Of a stretch of 64,000 nt of DNA, positions 29,713 through 41,058 are shown one piece after another. The translations under genes were made by a program, and so were the position numbers. Origin of the DNA: a bacterium (GTDB taxonomy: Bacteria; Zhuqueibacterota; Zhuqueibacteria; Residuimicrobiales; Krinioviventaceae); contig CAXXFV010000008.1 of NCBI GenBank assembly GCA_963674595.2, positions 352,001-416,000 on the forward strand. Direction: 5' to 3'. Positions within the stretch are counted from its first letter, which is position 1; the number at the start of each line of letters is the position of its first letter. The notes under the pieces are model-generated. The model saw only the letters and a program-made list of their open reading frames with translations. It did no database searches and was not told the DNA's origin.

Positions 29713-32700
29713 ATGAAAAAAATACTTTATATATTATTCGCATTGTTTTCGATTGTATCTTTTGTTTATGCTGCGGGAGATGCAGGAAATGCCGTTGAAT
29801 TTAATCCGGCTGAAAACGATGTTATTAGGGTTGCAGGCCACAGTGAATTTAACAATTTGAATGATCAATATACTATAGAATTTTGGGTAAAATGCAGCGA
29901 TTTCAGCATTGACCGACGAATTATATACAGCGAAAATGCTTTGGATATTTTTGTTCAAACAACCGGTCAAATACAGTTTGCATCTAAAAGCGGTACAGGC
30001 GTATCCGTATCAAGTGATTCATCTCTGGTCGCCGACAGGTGGTACCATGTCGCTATTGTATGCGATGATGAAGATGTCACCATTTATCTTGACGGTGTAG
30101 CCAATGGAACCGATACCAGTGCAGATTATGAATTACCTGATTTTGATACATTTTATATCGGGAACAATTCTGTAGGAGACAGCGGTCTTGACGGTAGTTT
30201 GGATGACATAAGATTTTGGACAGTTAACCGAACCGCACAGCAAATTAGTGACAGCCTTGGTATGCCGCTGCCGGTACCGAATACCGACTTGTTATGTTAC
30301 TATGAATTTGAGGGTTTAACACAAGCGGTTGTTGATTCCAGTGGAAATGATTTGCATGGCGTTTTGGGAACCGATGCCACCGTCCAGGTTGTGGACCCGA
30401 CACGTGTTGAATCTTTTGCCAAAATAGGGTGGCAGCTTGTTACACCAAATTTGGGACCGTTAAATGCAGGTGATCCATTAATTGTAACCTGGGTTGCCGA
30501 CGGGAAACTGCCGAATGTGCATTTGTTAATGTCTTTTGATGCGGGTGTAACATGGGATTATTTGGCCTTTAATACACCAAACATTGGAATATACTCGACC
30601 TTTGTTCCGGGTATCGCGACCAATCAAGCGTTATTTAAAGTAATGGACCCGGCTGATGACACTATGTTTGATGTCAGTGACAATTTGATTACGATAAACA
30701 TACCTGTAACAGCCTGGAACCATGAATTAATTGTTGAGGCAGAAGATGGTGATATACATTATCACATGAAAAAAGGTGTTGAAGGTTTGGCCTTTAACAG
30801 CGGTTTTATTTATACAAATGCTAATGATGCCGGATATGCAGATATTGAAGTTGATGTTCCCGCTCCCGGAGGTCTTTATGTTATATGGGGACGTGTCTAT
30901 TCCGAAGGTGGAACACAAAACTCTTTCTTTGTCTCGGTTGATGGTAGCCCTGATTATATATGGGACCTGAATAAAAATTCGCAGTGGAACGGAGAATATC
31001 TAACCCACAGAGGGAACGCCTTACCTCCGTTTAATGCCGATATTGATCCGCTCTATTTTACTTTTACTCCCGGAATTCATACCATACGGGTAAAAGGACG
31101 TGAAAATTTTGCCAAGCTGGACAGATTCATTATTACAAATGATTTGTCTAAAACATACTATCGGACTGCCCCGGCAAAATGGATCAATTTGACATCACCG
31201 GCTGATCGTGATAGTGTTATAAAAGGTGAACCCTGGGAAATAACCTGGGAAACAAGCAGTGCAACCGGTAATGTTGTTCTGTTACTTTCCTATGACAAGG
31301 GAGTAACCTTTCCGGTAACGATTAGTGCAGAGACCCCTAACGACGGATCATATATCTGGGATGTCCCTTTTGTCGATCCCTCTGAAGCCACCGTTCGAAT
31401 TTATAAAAAGAACGGCGATTCAAAACCTGCGGACCAAAATTTTAGAAAATTTTTCTTAATTGATCCTCCTGAAAGAGTTATTGTTGAATCTCCAAACGGC
31501 GGTGAACAGTGGCAGGCCCTGTCTCAGCAAACCGTTGCCTGGGATTCAAAGACTTTTACCGGATTGGTCAATGTAGAATTTTCACCGGATAGCGGCGCCA
31601 CCTGGCAAACCATTGCCACCAACCAACCTGATTCCGGTTCGTTTAGCTGGCTGGTTCCTGATACACCGACAGAACTTGGCTTGATTCGTGTTGCTGATGT
31701 TACTGATGGTAATCCGGTAGACGTGAGTGACAGCCTTTTTACCATTTTAGCTGTTCCTGAAGTGGAAGATTATGCTTTGCAGTTTGACGGACTGAATGAT
31801 TTTGCAGAAGTGTTGAACCATCCGAGTTTAGTGCTTGTGGATTCCTTTGCCATTGAGTTTTGGTTTAAAACACCTTCACCAATCCAGGGCTGGACGCGTA
31901 TTATGGAAAAGGGCGCCTGGGATGAGTATTATATCGGTTTTTATGGCACTTTACCCAAAGTTTACGGTGGTTTGCGTGTCTTTGAAAACAATGCGAACCG
32001 TATCTCAACAAAGATCGGTCCGTCTTTGACACAAATTGCAGCATCCGAATGGTATCATATGGCCGTGACCTATAACGGCACGACAGTATGTACCTATATT
32101 AACGGTCTTTTAGAAACAGAAAAAGATGCTGTTGTTGAGCCGAGAAAAACAACAGGTGATCTGGTTATCGGCGCTGTAAAGCAGGCCGGTGTTTACGGCA
32201 GTTTTTTTCAACGGAACCCTGGACGAGTTGAAAATCTGGAATTGTAACCGCAGTTCAGCGCAGGTTGCAGCCGATATGTATACCGTGTTAACCGGAGCTG
32301 AGGCAAACCTGGCAGCTTATTATAATTTCAACGAAGGTGCGGGTCAGGTAGCTGCTGATTTATCACCAAACAGCAATCACATGAGGTTAGGTTTAACAAA
32401 CGCTGCGGAAGATTCAGACCCGACGTGGGTAGAATGTGATCACCCAACAGCACCGGCTGCTCCTGCCGCTCCTGCTGTATTAGCTAAAGATTCGCCGGAC
32501 TTGACAGCGGTTCCTATGGAATTCAATTTGGAACAAAATTATCCGAACCCGTTTAATCCGACAACAACGATTTCTTATACATTGGAAGAAGAAAACTATA
32601 CAAGTCTTGTTGTTTTTGATATTCAAGGCCGACAAATAGCAACCCTGGTAAATGATATACGCGCTGCGGGCAGCCATTCCGTCGTATGGAATGCGGCAAA

Positions 32701-32779
32701 TACAGCCAGTGGTGTATATTTTTATAAACTACAGGCCGGTAATAAAACCCAAATCCGCCGAATGCTTCTTTTGAAATAG
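29713..32779 (+). CDS. Secreted LamG/Ig-like/CBM-like protein with C-terminal sorting domain, copy 1 (frameshift at T7, 32202-32208)
   Basis: Signal peptide; two LamG domains (WYHVA...Y.DG...G.LDD.R.W); SPNGGE Ig repeats; EAEDG module; NYPNPFNP tail. The paralog has T6 at the break. Confidence 0.85.
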
Positions 32780-32799
32780 TTATACTTATATGTTTTAAT

Positions 32800-32833
32800 A
32801 AAGCCGTGCACAATTCTGTGTATGGCTTTTTTT
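32800..32833 (+). terminator. Rho-independent terminator
   Basis: AAAGCCGTGCACA-attc-TGTGTATGGCTTTTTTT. Confidence 0.8.
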
Positions 32834-33114
32834 ATTTACGGTTTGTATTTAATCTGTGTATCCTTAAAAATTTGATTCATATTTTTAATTCTTAAACACA
32901 GTGAAAGCACATCTTGCTATTGGGGTAACATATCTTAACATGATAAGTTGTCAGGATTTTACTGACAAATTTTCCATTTTTGTATTGCTATTTCAAAATT
33001 ACGTTCATATCTTAATAATATATATTTCGCAAAAATAGTCATTTTGAACGCAATATTTTTTCCAATTTAGACAAATTATCTGTTTAGGTTTTTTTAAAAT
33101 AGTTGGGAGATGAA

Positions 33115-36100
33115 ATGAAAAAAGCACAACTGACTATCCTCATCCTTTTTTTTGCTACAACCATTGTTTTTGGTTATGGTGATGCAGGAAAAGCACTCGA
33201 TTTTCGCAGACTTCAAAAAAAATGTTGTAACAATAGCCGGGCATACTGAGTTTAATGATTTGAACAATCATTACACAATTGAATTTTGGGTAAGACGGTC
33301 CTTACTAGCCTTTCAAAGTCGTGTTTTGTTCAGTGACAGCGCCCTGGATATTTATTTTTTGGCAAACGGGCATTTGGTTTTTGCTTCAAATACCGGGGCC
33401 GGTGCTTCCCTAACCAGTAACTCTGTTTTGACGATTGATTCCTGGCACCATGTCGCGATTGTTTGTGACGGCTCTAATGTTACCATCTATCTGGATGGGG
33501 CGGTTGACGGAACAGATTCTGATCCTAATTATGAATTGCCGGATTTTGATACGTTTTATATTGGTAACAATTCTGCCGGAAATGCAGGATTCGCCGGTGA
33601 ATTGGATGAGGTGAGAATTTGGACAACAAGCCGAAGTGCCGCACAAATAGCTGATAATCTGGACACTCCCGTTCCAGTCCCTGCCACTGGTTTACTGGGG
33701 CATTACAAGTTTGACGGGATTGGACAGACTGTAACCGATTCAAGCGGTAATGGGTTGAACGGTGTGTTGGGTACCACGGCATTTGTACAAATTAAGGATC
33801 CCACACGGATTGATTCCTTTGCAAAAATGGGTTGGGAACTGGTTAGCCCTAATGGAGGATTTTTAAAAATAGGTTTACCGTTTACTATAACCTGGGTCGC
33901 CAGCGGAAAATTAACAAAAGTAAATTTGTTAATGTCTTTTGACGGTGGCACAACCTGGAAAATTCTTGCCTATAAAAATACCCAATGATGGTCTCTATTT
34001 AACCTATGTTCCGGGTTTTGTAACAAACCAGGCATTGTTTAAGGTGATGGACCCGGATGACGATACCGCTTTCGATGCCAGTGATAATTTTATTGATATA
34101 AGTGGTTTGGCCTGGGATTGGGCCAAAGAACTGATTTATGAAGCGGAAGACGGTGATATTCAATACCACATGAAAGCAGGTGTAGAAGGAACGGCCTTTA
34201 ATAGTGGTTTTATTTATTCGAATAAAGATAATGACGGCTATGCGGATTATCGGGTATGGATTCCGAGTATTGGTGGTCTTTATGTCATTTGGGGCCGTGT
34301 TTATTCTGAAGGCAAAAGACAAAATTCATTTTATGTTTCTGTCGACGGCAGCCAGGATTATCTCATGGATTTGAATAAAAATTCGCAGTGGAACGGGGAG
34401 TACGTTACCAACAGAGGGAATGCTCTGCCCCCATACCAGGCGGAACTTGATCCCATATTTTTTCGTCTCACACCGGGATGCCATAATATACGCGTGAAAG
34501 CTCGGGAACATTTTGCCAAGTTGGACAGACTCATTTTGACAAATGATTTATCTCAAACATATTACGAAACAGCCCCTGAAAAATGGATCAATTTGACATC
34601 ACCGGCTGACCGTGACAGCGTTATAAAAGGTGAGCCATGGGAGATAACCTGGGAAACAAGCAGCGCTACCGGTCATGTTGTTATCCAGCTTTCCTATGAT
34701 AAGGGAGAAACCTTTCCGGTAACAATTACGGATGAAACCGAAAATGACGGTTCTTTTATGTGGGATGTACCATACGTCGATGCTGAAGAGGGAATAATCC
34801 GAATTATTAAAAAGAACAGCGATTCAAAACCCATGGACCAGAATTTCCGCTCTTTTCTTTTTATTGATCCGCCTGAAAGGATTATTGTTGAATCTCCCAA
34901 CGGCGGTGAAGAGTGGCAGGCCCTTACACAGCAAACCGTTGCCTGGGATTCAAAGACTTTTACCGGATTGGTCAATGTAGAATTTTCTCCGGACAGCGGC
35001 GCCACATGGGAAACCATTGCCACCGACCAACCGGATTCCGGCTCGTTTAACTGGCTGGTTCCTGATAACCCGACAGACCGTGCTTTGGTTCGCATTGCTG
35101 ATGCTGCTGATGGTGTTCCCGTGGACTTGAGTGACAGTTTGTTTACCATTTTTCCGGTGCCGGAAGTACAGGATTATGCCCCTGCAGTTTGACGGACTGA
35201 ATGATTTTGCAAAAGTGCTGAATCATCCGAGTTTGGTGCTTGTGGATTCCTTTGCCATTGAGTTTTGGTTTAACACACCTTCACCAATCCAGGGATGGAC
35301 ACGTATTTTGGAAAAGGGCGCCTGGGACGAGTATTATCTCGGTTTTTATGGCTCTTTGCCCAAAGTTTACGGCGGTCTTCGTGTTTTGGACGAAAACGAT
35401 GTGAACCGTATTTCAACAAAGATCGGCCCGTCTTTAACAGATATTACGGCATCCGAATGGTATCACATGGCCGTGACCTACGACGGTACGACTGTACGGA
35501 CTTTTATAAACGGAATTTTAGAAACTGCAAATGACGCCAACGTTGATCCCAGAAAGACAACCGGGGACCTGGTTATCGGCGCTGTAAAACAGTCCGGTGT
35601 TTACGGCAGTTTTTTCAACGGAACTCTGGATGAGTTGAAAATCTGGAATTGTAATCGCAGTTCAGCGCAGGTTGCAGTGGATATGTATGCGCTGTTAACA
35701 GGAGCGGAGGCAAACCTGGCTGCTTATTATAATTTTAACGAAGGTGCGGGTCAGGTAGCTGCTGATTTATCACCAAATGGTAATGACATGCGATTAGGTT
35801 TAACGGACGGTGTAGAAGATTCGGACCCGACCTGGGTTGAATGTGACCACCCAACAGCGCCGGCTGCTCCTGCCGCTCCTGCTTTTTTGGCAAAAGATTC
35901 GCCGGATATATTAGCCGCTCCTATGGAATTTAGTTTGGCACAAAACTATCCGAACCCGTTTAATCCGTCAACAACAATTTCTTTTACTCTGGAAGAAGAA
36001 AACTATACAAGTCTTGTTATCTTTGATATCCAAGGAAGACAGGTAGCAACTTTAGTGAATGAAATACGCTCTGCGGGCAGCCATTCCGTTATCTGGAATG

Positions 36101-36186
36101 CGGCGAATATAACCAGTGGTGTTTATTTTTATAAACTTGAGGCAGGACCTGACATACAGATTCGCCGAATGCTTCTTTTGAAATAG
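33115..36186 (+). CDS. Secreted LamG/Ig-like/CBM-like protein with C-terminal sorting domain, copy 2 (three frameshifts)
   Basis: ATG at 33115 (MKKAQLTILIL...) after GGGAG. Colinear with copy 1. Breaks near 33201-33222, 33974-33978 and 35179-35182. Confidence 0.85.
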
Positions 36187-36205
36187 TTGTATTTGAATAT
36201 TTTAT

Positions 36206-36241
36206 AAAAGCCGTATACAAAACTGTGTACGGCTTTTTTTT
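36206..36241 (+). terminator. Rho-independent terminator, paralogous to 32800-32833
   Basis: AAAAGCCGTATACA-aaac-TGTGTACGGCTTTTTTTT. Confidence 0.82.
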
Positions 36242-36512
36242 ATGTGACAAGATTGGTAGGCATTAAAATATCTGTAAATTAGTCTTTATTTAACCGGACT
36301 TGGATTTCAGGTATAACGTTCCTCAAAGAAAGGTAATGGCGAAAAAAACATTTTTATTTTATTAAAATTGTGTTTAAATTTACCCTTTATATTCGGCCGT
36401 AATTAGGGGCTATATCGGCTCTTCAATCAGCAACCCCACCAAAAATTTACATATCATCCAATATTATCATAAAAGTGGTAGTTTAGATGTCCATTACAAG
36501 GAAAATAAGGAA

Positions 36513-38243
36513 ATGGTTCAGGAAAAATTTGAACCCAAATTGTATACTGCTTTAAAGGGAGGATATTCTCTTTCGCTATTTTACAGTGATCTTGCGGCAG
36601 GAACAATAGTTGGTATTGTCGCATTACCCCTGGCCCTGGCTTTTGCCATTGCCTCCGGAGTAAAACCGGAACAGGGTTTATATACGGCTATTATTGCCGG
36701 TTTTTTAATTTCGTTTTTAAGCGGCAGCCGGGTGCAAATCGGCGGGCCGACCGGAGCGTTTATTGTTATTGTTTATAATATTGTGCAACGTTTTGGTTAT
36801 GAAGGACTGGCCATTGCAACGGTTATGGCCGGTTTTCTGCTGGTTTTAATGGGAATTTCGCGGCTCGGTTCCATTATTAAATATATTCCCTATCCGGTCA
36901 CAGTTGGATTTACAGCGGGAATTGCCCTTATCATTTTTGCCGGGCAATTGCGAGATTTTATCGGTTTAAATATGTCGGATGTTCCGGCCGAATTTGTTGA
37001 AAAATGGATTGCTTATGCAAAACATTTTCACACTATAAATTATTATGCTTTATTTGTCGGTATAATTACGTTATTGATTGTCATTTTCTGGCCGAGGATT
37101 ACCCATCGTGTTCCCGGATCACTTGTCGCTATTCTGTTAACTACAGCCATTGTGCATGTTTTTCACTTTCCTGTAGAAACCATAAACAGTCGTTTCGGAC
37201 AGGTGTCGGCCCAGTTTCCCAAATTCCAGATACCTCAATGGGACTGGGTGTTGTTAAAAAGTTTGTTTTCTCCGGCAATATCAATTGCATTGCTGGCAGG
37301 TATCGAGTCACTGCTTTCGGCCGTTGTTGCTGACGGAATGACAGGTAGAAAACACCGGTCCAACATGGAACTGGTGGCGCAGGGCGTTGCCAATATTTTT
37401 TCACCGTTATTCGGTGGCATCCCGGCAACCGGAGCAATTGCCAGAACTGCTACCAATATTAAAAACGGGGGGAAAACACCAATAGCCGGTATTGTTCATG
37501 CCGTTATTTTGTTACTTGTATTGTTGTTTTTTGGAAAATGGGCTTCGTTGATTCCCATGGCGACGCTTGCCGGTATTCTTATTATTGTCGCTTATAATAT
37601 GAGCGAATGGCATTTGTTTATCAAACTGTTCAAAAGTCCCAAAAGCGATGTGTTGGTTTTGCTTATTACATTTTTGCTTACCGTATTCCTGGATTTGATC
37701 ATTGCCATTCAGGCAGGTGTTGTTTTGGCGGCACTTTTGTTTATGCGCAGAATGACCCTTGTTACCCAAACCGGTTATATAAACGGAATTGTTCAGGATG
37801 AAGAAGAACAGGAAGATATAAATAGTTTGTCGCGAAGGATTATCCCTGATAATGTCGAAGTATTTGAGATTAACGGTCCGTTTTTCTTTGGCGCTGCTGA
37901 TAAATTTAAAAATGCATTGTCCCAGGTTCGTAAAAATCCAACGGTTTTGATCCTGCGATTACGTAAAGTTTTGTCGATTGATGCAACCGGATTACGTGCT
38001 TTGGAAGATGTTCTCAGTTCTACCAAAAAGGAGGGAACGACCCTCATTTTATCCGGTGTTCATGCTCAACCGTTATTCGCTTTGGAGCGGGCCGGACTGT
38101 TGGACAAAATTGGTGAAGATAATTTATTCGGAAATATTGATGATGCCTTAAACCGGGCCCGAAACCTGCTTGGACTGCCGGAAGTTGAACGTCCCACGCC
38201 CTTTGTACCGGTCGTTAAACGGGAAATGGACCAGATTGAATAG
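36513..38243 (+). CDS. SulP/SLC26 anion permease with STAS domain
   Basis: DLAAGTIVGIVALPLALAFAIASG, QIGGPTGAF, GPFFFGAA and IDATG motifs. Confidence 0.95.
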   Translation: MVQEKFEPKLYTALKGGYSLSLFYSDLAAGTIVGIVALPLALAFAIASGVKPEQGLYTAIIAGFLISFLSGSRVQIGGPTGAFIVIVYNIVQRFGYEGLAIATVMAGFLLVLMGISRLGSIIKYIPYPVTVGFTAGIALIIFAGQLRDFIGLNMSDVPAEFVEKWIAYAKHFHTINYYALFVGIITLLIVIFWPRITHRVPGSLVAILLTTAIVHVFHFPVETINSRFGQVSAQFPKFQIPQWDWVLLKSLFSPAISIALLAGIESLLSAVVADGMTGRKHRSNMELVAQGVANIFSPLFGGIPATGAIARTATNIKNGGKTPIAGIVHAVILLLVLLFFGKWASLIPMATLAGILIIVAYNMSEWHLFIKLFKSPKSDVLVLLITFLLTVFLDLIIAIQAGVVLAALLFMRRMTLVTQTGYINGIVQDEEEQEDINSLSRRIIPDNVEVFEINGPFFFGAADKFKNALSQVRKNPTVLILRLRKVLSIDATGLRALEDVLSSTKKEGTTLILSGVHAQPLFALERAGLLDKIGEDNLFGNIDDALNRARNLLGLPEVERPTPFVPVVKREMDQIE

Positions 38244-38275
38244 AAAAATATTGAGTTGAGGCTTTTTACAGAATT

Positions 38276-39664
38276 TTAATATCCGTTTCCCACTGATCGG
38301 ATTCGAAAAAACGGTATTTGTTCTTTTTCATTATATTCAATCACCAGAAACAGATTATCCTTTTTTAGCAGATTTGCTTCCAGCCGTTCTGTTAATATTT
38401 TTTTTATAGAATGCTGTTGATTCTCTCCGGTGCATATCAGCGGAAGGATACCATAGTGGCCTGCCAACAGGCGGGCCTGTTGTGCCGTTTTACACAGTTT
38501 AAACAGGGGAACATGCCCGCGCAAAGCAGATAGTTTTTGAGAAAAGGATATTTCATCAGAAATATCAAAAATAATTTTTACCGGCAATTCAATGGAAGCG
38601 TCGATAGCCTTTTTTAAAATAAAATCGGTGACTGTTTTTGTACCTGCTGCTATGTTGCCGTTACTCCCTTTTTGTGATGTAATATGCCGGGCAATCCGGG
38701 CCATTTGTTGAACCGCCTGAACAGGATATTTTCCATAGGCTGTTTCGCCGCTCAGGGTCAATGCATCGGCACCGTCGAGAATGGCGTTGGCAATATCACT
38801 GATTTCAGCACGGGTTGCACGGGGATGGTTTATCATGCTTTCCAGCATGTGCGTGGCAATGATAACCGGTTTATTCAACTTGCGACAGGTTTGAATTATT
38901 TCCTTTTGTACAAGGGGCACATGTTCAACCGGAATTTCCACACCGAGATCACCCCTGGCGACAATAACACCAAAAGAGTGTTCGATGATGTCCTGCAGGT
39001 TTGCAATGCTTTCCTTGCTTTCAATTTTGGCAATGATTTTAATGGGACTGTCGTGTTGATCCAGGATTTCCTGGACCGCTAAAATGTCTTCCTTGTTACG
39101 CACAAAAGAGTGGGCAATAAAGTCGAGATTGTTGTCAATGGCAAATTTGATATAGTCCGGGTCCATCGGCGCCAGACTGGGGACGTTCAGATGCACTCCG
39201 GGAACATTGACTGTTTTTTTGTCTTTTAAAACACCGTTATTTTCTGCTTTACAGACCAGGTGGTTCTGATCTTTTTGAATAACCGTAAATTCCAGAATAC
39301 CGTCATCCATCAGGATTTTACAGCCTTCCGGGACATATTTTGCAAATTCTTTATAATTGACAGCAATTGTTTGGTTATCCTCAGGCTGACCACTGATTTT
39401 GACGATTTGACCTGTTGAAACAGGAATGTCTTTTGTTATTTGTGTGGTCCGAACTTCGGGTCCTTTGGTGTCCAATAGAATGGCAATGTCATCTGAAACC
39501 TGCCGGATATTTTTTATAGTGTGCGAGGTAGAATCCAGGGTTTGGTGGGCGGTATTGAGCCGGACAATGTTCATACCATTTTCATAAAGGGATTTCAGCA
39601 ATGTTACATCACAATTCGCATCGGAAATAGTGCACATAATTTTAGTCAGTTTGTCGGCAAGCAT
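38276..39664 (-). CDS. pyk: Pyruvate kinase
   Basis: TKIMCTI, RLNTAH, DTKGPEVRT, IIAKIE, VARGDLGVE and LSGETAYG motifs. Confidence 0.95.
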   Translation of the reverse strand: MLADKLTKIMCTISDANCDVTLLKSLYENGMNIVRLNTAHQTLDSTSHTIKNIRQVSDDIAILLDTKGPEVRTTQITKDIPVSTGQIVKISGQPEDNQTIAVNYKEFAKYVPEGCKILMDDGILEFTVIQKDQNHLVCKAENNGVLKDKKTVNVPGVHLNVPSLAPMDPDYIKFAIDNNLDFIAHSFVRNKEDILAVQEILDQHDSPIKIIAKIESKESIANLQDIIEHSFGVIVARGDLGVEIPVEHVPLVQKEIIQTCRKLNKPVIIATHMLESMINHPRATRAEISDIANAILDGADALTLSGETAYGKYPVQAVQQMARIARHITSQKGSNGNIAAGTKTVTDFILKKAIDASIELPVKIIFDISDEISFSQKLSALRGHVPLFKLCKTAQQARLLAGHYGILPLICTGENQQHSIKKILTERLEANLLKKDNLFLVIEYNEKEQIPFFRIRSVGNGY

Positions 39665-39682
39665 TCGAGGAAAAGTCCTTTC

Positions 39683-40894
39683 TCAGGTTTTTGGGATTCT
39701 GTTTTTATAAACCGCCGCCAGACCGCCGATGCTGGTTTCGCGGTAGACAGATGGCAAATCGTGTCCGGTTGTTTTCATAACATTAATAACTTCATCAAAA
39801 GAAATCAGATGAAATCCGCCGCTAAAGATGGAATAGTCCGCACAATCCAAAGCAGTTTTGGCGGCAAAGGCATTTCTTTCAATACAGGGTATTTGCACCA
39901 GGCCGTTAACCGGATCGCAGGTAAGGCCAAGATGATGCTCCATGCCCATTTCAGCGGCATATTCTATTTGCCGTATATTACCACCCAATAACTGTGTTAC
40001 GGCTGCGGCTGCCATGGAACAGGCACTGCCGATTTCACCCTGGCAGCCGACTTCGGCCCCGGATATGGAGGCATTGTGTTTTATCAACGTGCCCACAAGT
40101 CCGGCAGTCGCCAAAGCACGTAGAATTGCCTGGTCCGAACACTGGGTTGTTTCCTGGGTAAAAAGTAATACTGCCGGTAAAACCCCGCAGGAACCGCAGG
40201 TCGGGGCCGTTACAATTTCGCCGCCGGCTGCATTTTCTTCTGCTACGGCCAACGCATAGGAGGAAACAGTCCCTCTTTTTCGTAAATAGTCGCCGGACAA
40301 AATAGCTTTTCTGTGAAACACCCAGGCCTTGCGCGCCAGTCCCAAATCACCGGGAAGAACACCTTCCTGGTTTAAACCGCGTGTGATAGCGGATTTCATG
40401 GTGTGCCAGACCAGATTTAAATAATCCCATATTTCAGGCCCTTCCGTATGCTCAACAAGTTCCCAAAGAGCCTGACCGGTGCGTTCGCTGTGCAGCAGAA
40501 TTTCATTAAATGAATTATATTTATATAAATGATGTTCGGATGATTCTTGATCCCCCTCAGAGAGCGCACCTCCGCCTATGCTGAACACCTGCCAGGTCCC
40601 GAGAATGTTTTGTGATCCATCCAAAGCTTCAAACAACATACCGTTCGGATGAAAAGGGAGTATGGTGTCCGGCTGCCAGATGATTTCCAGGTTTTTCGAG
40701 CCAAAGCACTCTTTTAAGGCCACATCCGTCAAGTGTCCTTTTCCGGTAGAAGCTAGACTGCCGTAAAGGGTAACACGGTAGCTGTCTGCCTGCGGGTATT
40801 TATTCAGAAATTTTGTGGCGGCACTGCGGGGCCCCATTGTATGACTCGAAGACGGTCCATGACCAATTCGATATAGTTCTTTAATTGATTCCAT
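39683..40894 (-). CDS. sdaA: L-serine ammonia-lyase, Fe-S dependent, single chain
   Basis: GPSSSHTMGP, APTCGSCG, SISGAEVGCQGE and LGLTCDPV..LVQIPCIERN motifs. Confidence 0.95.
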   Translation of the reverse strand: MESIKELYRIGHGPSSSHTMGPRSAATKFLNKYPQADSYRVTLYGSLASTGKGHLTDVALKECFGSKNLEIIWQPDTILPFHPNGMLFEALDGSQNILGTWQVFSIGGGALSEGDQESSEHHLYKYNSFNEILLHSERTGQALWELVEHTEGPEIWDYLNLVWHTMKSAITRGLNQEGVLPGDLGLARKAWVFHRKAILSGDYLRKRGTVSSYALAVAEENAAGGEIVTAPTCGSCGVLPAVLLFTQETTQCSDQAILRALATAGLVGTLIKHNASISGAEVGCQGEIGSACSMAAAAVTQLLGGNIRQIEYAAEMGMEHHLGLTCDPVNGLVQIPCIERNAFAAKTALDCADYSIFSGGFHLISFDEVINVMKTTGHDLPSVYRETSIGGLAAVYKNRIPKT

Positions 40895-41014
40895 AGAATC
40901 TCTCGTTTTTTGTTAAATTTATTTTGCGGAATAATGTAAGCAACTCTGATAAAAAAAGCAAAAGAAGAGATGAGGACGATGTGTTCCCGGTGGTTTTTAG
41001 CCTGATGATGCTTA

Positions 41015-41047
41015 TAAAAAATCAGCCTGCATATAAACAGGCTGATT
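41015..41047 (-). terminator. Rho-independent terminator of the sulfatase gene
   Basis: AATCAGCCTG/CAGGCTGATT 10-bp stem with an A-run on the left, giving a U tract on the minus strand. Confidence 0.8.
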
Positions 41048-41058
41048 ATCGTTTCTAT

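Noticed and set aside
32449-32478. Short tandem repeat gctcctgccgctcctgct (also near 35860-35883)
   Set aside because: It simply encodes the APAAPAAPA linker before the sorting domain.
29713-36186. Diversity-generating retroelement (template/variable repeat) explanation for the LamG repeats
   Set aside because: Mismatches inspected are mostly third-position and involve all bases, not adenine-specific. No reverse transcriptase is in the window.
36242-36512. Possible riboswitch upstream of sulP
   Set aside because: No recognisable fluoride, SAM or other aptamer consensus.
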